A stretch of DNA of 32,000 bases from Erysipelotrichaceae bacterium. Its GTDB lineage: Bacteria; Bacillota_I; Bacilli_A; Erysipelotrichales; Erysipelotrichaceae. How positions within the stretch are numbered: the first letter of the stretch is position 1; the number at the start of each line of letters is the position of its first letter. The stretch covers positions 1,020,001-1,052,000 of the forward strand of contig OY760660.1 in the NCBI GenBank assembly GCA_963663995.1, read 5' to 3'. The position numbers and the translations under genes were made by a program. The notes under the pieces are model-generated. The model ran no database searches, had not been told where the DNA came from, and worked only from the letters and a program-made list of their open reading frames with translations. Of the stretch, positions 27,092-32,000 are shown one piece after another.

Positions 27092-27199
27092 AGTAATACC
27101 TCATCTTTCATTATCTAATAAAGCTGCTTTTTTCGCATAAAGAATTTTGTTTAAGTTTAATTGATGTCATAATATATACATTAAATAGAGGAGAAACTT

Positions 27200-28351
27200 A
27201 TGCCATTTACTTTTATTCTTCCCACTAATATCAGATTTGGTAAAATTGTAATTACTGAATTAAACTCGATATTAGATGATTTAAATGCTGAAAAAATAAT
27301 GATTGTGACGGATCCTGGCATTATTAAGGCTGGTTTATTAGACAAAGTCACAGAACATATATCGATTGAAAAAGAAGTTTTTATTTTTGATGAAATTGAA
27401 GCTAATCCAAAAGATACAAATGTCTATAAGGGTGCAGAGTTTGCTAGAGTTCATGAGATTGATTGTGTTGTCGCCTTAGGTGGTGGAAGTTCTATTGATG
27501 CAGCTAAAGCAATGATTGTACTCGCTAAGCAAGGAGGACAAGCCCGTGATTATGTAACTAAAGAAATTACAAGTGATGTCTTAGATTTTATTGCGATTCC
27601 TACCACTGCAGGAACAGGAAGTGAAGTTACTTTTTCAAGTGTTATCACAGATACAAAAGAACATTTTAAATTCACGATCAAATCCCCTTTTATGGCCGCA
27701 AAGATTGCCTTAGTAGATCCTGAACTTACTTATTCTTTACCTAGTCATATTAGCGCATCAACAGGTATTGACGCTTTAGTTCATGCGATTGAAGGTTATA
27801 CTGCTACCTGCACTGAGCCGATTGCTGAAGCCTTAGGCTTATATGCCATAGAACTGATTAGTCAAAATATTGTTAAAGCTGTTAATATTCCAGATAATAC
27901 TGAAGCAAAAGATAATATGATGATGGCTTCGTTAATTGCTGGACTATCTTTTTCTCATTCTGATGTTGCCGGTGTTCATTGTATGGCTGAAGCTTTAGGT
28001 AGTCTTTATGATAAACCACATGGTTTATGTAACTCTATTATTCTTCCACATATGATGCTTGAAAATATGGATTATTGTTTAGATAAATATGCACGTATCG
28101 CTGACATCTTAGGTGTTAAAGAAAATGATCTAAAAACAAAAGTTTTAAAAGGTATTGAGGTCATTAGTGATATTTCCAAGGAAATAGGTTTGCCTGATTT
28201 TAAATCATTAAACATTAACCCTAAAGATTTTAGAAAATTAGCTGAGATGTCATATAAAAATGGTTCAAATTCAAGTAATCCAAAACCAATGTCGATTGAT
28301 GACTATGAAGCTTTATTTACACGCATAAATAATTTTAAGGGGGAAGAATGA
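27200..28351 (+). CDS. Iron-containing (group III) alcohol dehydrogenase
   Basis: GGGSSIDAAK motif, PTTAGTGSE, and metal-binding His region (DALVHAIE, HSDVAGVHCMAEALG). RBS AGAGGAGA. Confidence 0.85.
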   Translation: MPFTFILPTNIRFGKIVITELNSILDDLNAEKIMIVTDPGIIKAGLLDKVTEHISIEKEVFIFDEIEANPKDTNVYKGAEFARVHEIDCVVALGGGSSIDAAKAMIVLAKQGGQARDYVTKEITSDVLDFIAIPTTAGTGSEVTFSSVITDTKEHFKFTIKSPFMAAKIALVDPELTYSLPSHISASTGIDALVHAIEGYTATCTEPIAEALGLYAIELISQNIVKAVNIPDNTEAKDNMMMASLIAGLSFSHSDVAGVHCMAEALGSLYDKPHGLCNSIILPHMMLENMDYCLDKYARIADILGVKENDLKTKVLKGIEVISDISKEIGLPDFKSLNINPKDFRKLAEMSYKNGSNSSNPKPMSIDDYEALFTRINNFKGEE

Positions 28352-29271
28352 AAGAAATAAAAAAAGTAGCGATTATTGGTATGGGTGCTTTAGGCATCAT
28401 GTATGGAAAACTTTTTCTAGATAAATGTGGAGCAGAGAATCTTCGTTTTCTCGGGAATAAAAAAAGAATTGATAAGTTTAATCATGAGGGCGTTTACAGC
28501 AATGATGTCCGTTGTGACTTTGAAATGATTGATCCAAGTTCAGATAGATATCATACTGATTTACTTATTTTTGCAGTTAAAGCAACTGCTTTAGAAGAAA
28601 GCATTGAAATGGCAAAGTCTGTCGTTAGTGAAGATACAATTATCCTTTCTGTTTTAAATGGCATTTCCAGCGAAGAAATTATTCAAGAGAAATTAAATAA
28701 AGGAATTGTTATTAAATCAGTTGCCCAAGGGATGGATGCTTTAAAGATTGGTAATAGACTAAGTTATCAAAACTTTGGTGTATTATGTATAGGTTTAAGT
28801 GAAGATGAGAACACTAAACAAGAAGCTTTGAATACATTGTTAGCATTCTTTCAAGAAATAAATTATCCTTTTGTTCTTGAGAAAGATATTCAACATCGTT
28901 TATGGGGTAAATGGATGTTGAATGTGGGAGTTAATCAAGTCGTCATGCTTTATGAAGGAACCTTTAAGACGATACAAGAAAATGGTGAAGCGCGTGATTT
29001 AATGATAGCCGCTATGAATGAAGTGATATCGATTGCTAAAAAAGCTGGAGTTACATTAGATCAGAGTGATCGAGATTTCTATGTCAATTTAATGTCTACC
29101 CTTAACCCTGAAGGGATGCCTTCCATGCGACAAGATGGTGTTGCCAAGAGAAAAAGTGAAGTTGAATTATTTGCAGGTACTGTCATTAAAAAAGCAGAAC
29201 AGTTTGGAATTGATGTACCTGTAAATAAAATGTTATACCAGAAAATTCAAGAGATAGAAAGTCAGTATTGA
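28348..29271 (+). CDS. 2-dehydropantoate 2-reductase (ketopantoate reductase/ApbA family) or related 2-ketoacid reductase
   Basis: N-terminal VAIIGMGALG Rossmann motif, ~307 aa, family-like C-terminal helical domain (W.K...N, S.RQD). ATGA overlap with the upstream ADH. Confidence 0.65.
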   Translation: MKEIKKVAIIGMGALGIMYGKLFLDKCGAENLRFLGNKKRIDKFNHEGVYSNDVRCDFEMIDPSSDRYHTDLLIFAVKATALEESIEMAKSVVSEDTIILSVLNGISSEEIIQEKLNKGIVIKSVAQGMDALKIGNRLSYQNFGVLCIGLSEDENTKQEALNTLLAFFQEINYPFVLEKDIQHRLWGKWMLNVGVNQVVMLYEGTFKTIQENGEARDLMIAAMNEVISIAKKAGVTLDQSDRDFYVNLMSTLNPEGMPSMRQDGVAKRKSEVELFAGTVIKKAEQFGIDVPVNKMLYQKIQEIESQY

Positions 29272-29281
29272 AGCACATTTC

Positions 29282-29310
29282 TTGAAGCAAATAATGCATT
29301 TAAGTAAAAT
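29282..29310 (+). promoter_or_regulatory. Sigma-A promoter of tpx
   Basis: TTGAAG (29282-29287), 17 nt, TAAAAT (29305-29310). Confidence 0.5.
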
Positions 29311-29347
29311 ACAAATAGTCATAAAAATGATTAAGGAGATAATAAAT

Positions 29348-29851
29348 ATGAGTCGTAAAGACGTTGTCAAAGCAGGCGGAAATCCATTAACGCTTTTAGG
29401 TAATGAAATAAAAGTTGGCGATCTTGCGCCAGATTTCACAGTATTAGACAAAAATTCAAATCCAGTTAAATTATCAGATGCAAAAGGTAAAACAGTTATT
29501 TTAAGTATTGCTCCATCACTTGATACTTCAGTTTGTGCCAATCAAACAAGACGTTTCAATCAAGAGGCAGCACAACTTGAGAACACAAGCGTTTATTGTA
29601 TCAGTGTTGATTTACCTACTGCCTTAGATCGTTTCTGTACAACCGAAGGCATTGATAATGTCTTAACTTTATCTGACCACAGAGACTTAGACTTTGGGAT
29701 GAAATATGGTTATGTCATTGAAGAGTTAAGATTATTAACGCGTGGTATTGTTGTTGTGGGAGCTGATGGAGTGGTAAAACATGTTGAGTATGTGCCAATC
29801 TTATCTGATTATCCAAACTATGAATTAGCTTTAGAAAAAGCAAAAGCCTAA
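29348..29851 (+). CDS. tpx: Thiol peroxidase (atypical 2-Cys peroxiredoxin)
   Basis: ATG 29348 with AAGGAG at 29333-29338. GNPLTLLGNEIKVGDLAPDF, peroxidatic Cys in APSLDTSVC, resolving Cys in LDRFC. Confidence 0.9.
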   Translation: MSRKDVVKAGGNPLTLLGNEIKVGDLAPDFTVLDKNSNPVKLSDAKGKTVILSIAPSLDTSVCANQTRRFNQEAAQLENTSVYCISVDLPTALDRFCTTEGIDNVLTLSDHRDLDFGMKYGYVIEELRLLTRGIVVVGADGVVKHVEYVPILSDYPNYELALEKAKA

Positions 29852-29855
29852 TCTT

Positions 29856-29881
29856 AAGGAGTCATAAAGACTCCTTTTTTA
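29856..29881 (+). terminator. Intrinsic terminator after tpx
   Basis: AAGGAGTC-ATAAA-GACTCCTT followed by TTTTT. Confidence 0.8.
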
Positions 29882-29935
29882 TTGTAAATTACAATTGTTT
29901 TCTATATATTAAAGAGTATATTTTGGAGATATAAA

Positions 29936-30418
29936 ATGATACGACTAGCGAACAATACTGATATTGAAATTTTATTAGACATCTATAAAAAAGCGCGTGA
30001 ATTTATGCGCGCTAATGGAAATTTAACACAATGGCCAGATACTTATCCAAATGCTGATGTATTACGTGATGATATTAAAAAAGGTGAACTATTTGTCTTT
30101 GAAGAAAATGGAAGAGTTCATGGTGTATTCGCCTTTATCTTAGGAAATGATCCAACTTATGATGTGATTGAAGATGGAGCATGGTTGAGTGATTCAGCTT
30201 ATGGCACAATCCATAGAATAGCAAGTGATGGAAGTATTAAAGGACTTTTTGATCAATGTATTAGTTATTGTAAACAAAGTATTAATCACCTTCGCATTGA
30301 CACCCATCAATATAATAAAACTATGCAATATGTCATTAAGAAAAATGGATTTCAATATTGTGGCATCATTTATACGGATAATGGTAGTCCAAGGGTAGCT
30401 TTTGAATATCTTCCTTAA
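29936..30418 (+). CDS. GNAT-family N-acetyltransferase
   Basis: 160 aa. Overall GNAT-like layout (..GVFAFILG.., RIASDG..KGL, N..MQ....KNGF). Call based on general resemblance only. Confidence 0.6.
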   Translation: MIRLANNTDIEILLDIYKKAREFMRANGNLTQWPDTYPNADVLRDDIKKGELFVFEENGRVHGVFAFILGNDPTYDVIEDGAWLSDSAYGTIHRIASDGSIKGLFDQCISYCKQSINHLRIDTHQYNKTMQYVIKKNGFQYCGIIYTDNGSPRVAFEYLP

Positions 30419-30421
30419 ACT

Positions 30422-32000
30422 TTATCGGTTTGAAAAATAATCTAAATTAAGTATGCGATAGCTAAACTCAGCTGTCGTTTTTACTTTTTGTTTCATATTA
30501 TCAATAAATGTATCGTCAAGCTCAATATTATCATTTGGAAAAAATTTAGCTTTACTGGTGTAGTAGTACCCTTCATCACTTATCCAAGAATAACTTGGAA
30601 AACTAACAGTATGTTTAATGCTAGTATCAAAAATATCTTGACCAAAATAAAGTCGAGGATCATAGTCTATTCCAAATAAATTTGCAAGGGTTGGAGTAAT
30701 ATCGATTGTACTAGATAGGGTTGAAATAGTTTGTCCAACTAATGTTGAATTGTAAATAATGAAAGGTGATTTATAAATATTTAAATCACTGCCACGATCA
30801 ACATCTTGTTGAGTATTTTCAATAATATCCGTTTTAGATGTTTTTAGTGGGAAATGATCTGAATACAAGACAATAACGGTATTTTCTAATATTCCATCAT
30901 TCTTTAATTCATTCAATAATGTTTCCAATGCTTTATCAACTTCGATTGCTTTTGATAAGTAACGTTGAATATTCAAAGGTGCATCAGGGTAGATTGATTG
31001 AACAGTATCTAAATAACGATTACCCAAGGTTGAGTCAACATCATAAGGAAAGTGTGTACTCGCACTAACAATAAAACTAAAGAATAGATTCTTATCAACA
31101 AAGTGTGGGCATGATTCTTCAATCAAGTTAACATCACTTGGCCAACCATATAGAGTCTTTATCTCAAGACTTTGGTTATCATAGAAGTGATCACTTCCCA
31201 TTGATTCATGCCAAATGGTACGATCGTAAAATTCATCTGAATAACTATGATAAGAACTGGAATAGTAATTGGCACTATTAAAGATTTCAAAGATATTTTG
31301 ATCAAACGCATTAGTTGTATAAGTATTTGGCGAACAGATTCCTAATCTTGGAATCAGTGATGTAAGTGCCATAAACTCACTGTCCCCGGTTGTACAAGAA
31401 AACTGTGGAGCATAGAACTGGTCAAAGTAAAATGAATTTTGACTCATCATGTATAAAGTTGGCGTTAATTGCTCATCGATCGCCATTAAATCAAAGGCTT
31501 CAATTTGCATTAAAATTAGATTTTTACCCGCAAATAAACCTGTCATTTCATTTTTAGGACTAATTGTTTTAGACATCAAATACTGATCAATTTCTTTTAT
31601 CGTCTCATTATTTTCGACAGCACTTAATTCAATCCATGCACTATCATCAATAACTCTTGAATAATCGACTTCTACAATTTCCTCAACTTCCTCAGTTTCT
31701 TCCTCTGGAAGAATTAATACAGGTTGGAATTGCGATTGATCACTCAAGATATCTCTGACACTTGTCGTGATTAAGCCTAATTCCTTGAAGCTAGTTTCAA
31801 TCAAAAAAGGTTGATGATAGAGTTCAACGGCTGTGTACACACTGTTATTGTTTTCAAATAATTTTAATATTTTATCTATTTGCAAATGAACAGAAAGACT
31901 GATAAACAACAATACAAAAGCTGCCCGAAATTTGAAATGATACCCTTCTTTATTAGTAAAAAAAGCATAGATGATAAGTGGTACAAAAAGTAGAACACTA
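30422..32000 (-). CDS. LTA synthase (LtaS)-family / sulfatase-fold membrane protein; N-terminus runs off the right edge
   Basis: The frame stays open upstream of the ORF-track TTG (31912) to the window end and encodes hydrophobic segments (..VLLFVPLIIYAFF..AAFVLLFISLSV). The extracellular domain has sulfatase-like features (LILMQIEAF, TGDSEF, YSDHFP). Confidence 0.7.
   Translation of the reverse strand, partial: SVLLFVPLIIYAFFTNKEGYHFKFRAAFVLLFISLSVHLQIDKILKLFENNNSVYTAVELYHQPFLIETSFKELGLITTSVRDILSDQSQFQPVLILPEEETEEVEEIVEVDYSRVIDDSAWIELSAVENNETIKEIDQYLMSKTISPKNEMTGLFAGKNLILMQIEAFDLMAIDEQLTPTLYMMSQNSFYFDQFYAPQFSCTTGDSEFMALTSLIPRLGICSPNTYTTNAFDQNIFEIFNSANYYSSSYHSYSDEFYDRTIWHESMGSDHFYDNQSLEIKTLYGWPSDVNLIEESCPHFVDKNLFFSFIVSASTHFPYDVDSTLGNRYLDTVQSIYPDAPLNIQRYLSKAIEVDKALETLLNELKNDGILENTVIVLYSDHFPLKTSKTDIIENTQQDVDRGSDLNIYKSPFIIYNSTLVGQTISTLSSTIDITPTLANLFGIDYDPRLYFGQDIFDTSIKHTVSFPSYSWISDEGYYYTSKAKFFPNDNIELDDTFIDNMKQKVKTTAEFSYRILNLDYFSNR

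Noticed and set aside
1188-29347. Longer N-terminal extensions given by the ORF track (hisD 1188, 2-TM protein 10765, orphan gene 12629 TTG, regulator 16261 TTG, argJ 20365, tpx 29282)
   Set aside because: In most cases a downstream in-frame ATG has a proper Shine-Dalgarno sequence or matches the conserved family N-terminus. The extensions also overlap promoters, terminators or the preceding gene. The exception is the regulator, where neither the TTG (16261) nor the ATG (16246) has an SD; the ATG is preferred simply because it is an ATG.

Overview
AT-rich, tightly packed chromosomal segment of a low-GC Gram-positive (Bacillota-type) bacterium; a finer taxon cannot be assigned without a database search. 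Standard genetic code: TGA, TAA and TAG all terminate full-length conserved genes.

Gene content, left to right:
- Partial DUF871/MupG-like gene (minus strand).
- Complete, heavily overlapping histidine operon hisG-D-C-B-H-A-F-IE. It is preceded by a 23-codon His-rich mini-ORF and an intrinsic terminator, i.e. a leader-peptide attenuator.
- Convergent Cof-type HAD hydrolase.
- Small SHOCT-domain protein.
- IS1182-family insertion sequence sitting inside a duplicated 28-bp palindromic terminator. Its transposase carries an in-frame TAA.
- Minus-strand Gat-family PTS locus: PRD/EIIB/EIIA-type regulator, EIIA, EIIB, EIIC, a 2-TM protein and a class II aldolase/epimerase. An oppositely oriented orphan membrane gene interrupts it, and a repeated two-box regulatory module decorates it.
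- Arginine biosynthesis cluster split into argG-argH-argC and argJ-argB-argD-argF by a canonical T-box leader with an Arg (CGU) specifier.
- Membrane diguanylate cyclase with a C-terminal hemerythrin-like domain.
- Divergent HpcH-aldolase / Fe-alcohol dehydrogenase / ketopantoate-reductase-like module.
- tpx, a GNAT acetyltransferase, and a partial LtaS-type sulfatase-fold gene.

No rRNA, tRNA, CRISPR array, prophage or recognisable defence or toxin system was seen. The window is mostly housekeeping metabolism.

The items most worth follow-up are regulatory:
- the His leader-peptide attenuator in a Gram-positive context;
- the Arg T-box placed inside the arg cluster;
- the repeated cre-like box plus promoter-spacer box module in the PTS locus.

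The poorly characterised PTS-plus-aldolase locus is the other candidate. All functional calls rest on motif recognition by eye. No database search was run.
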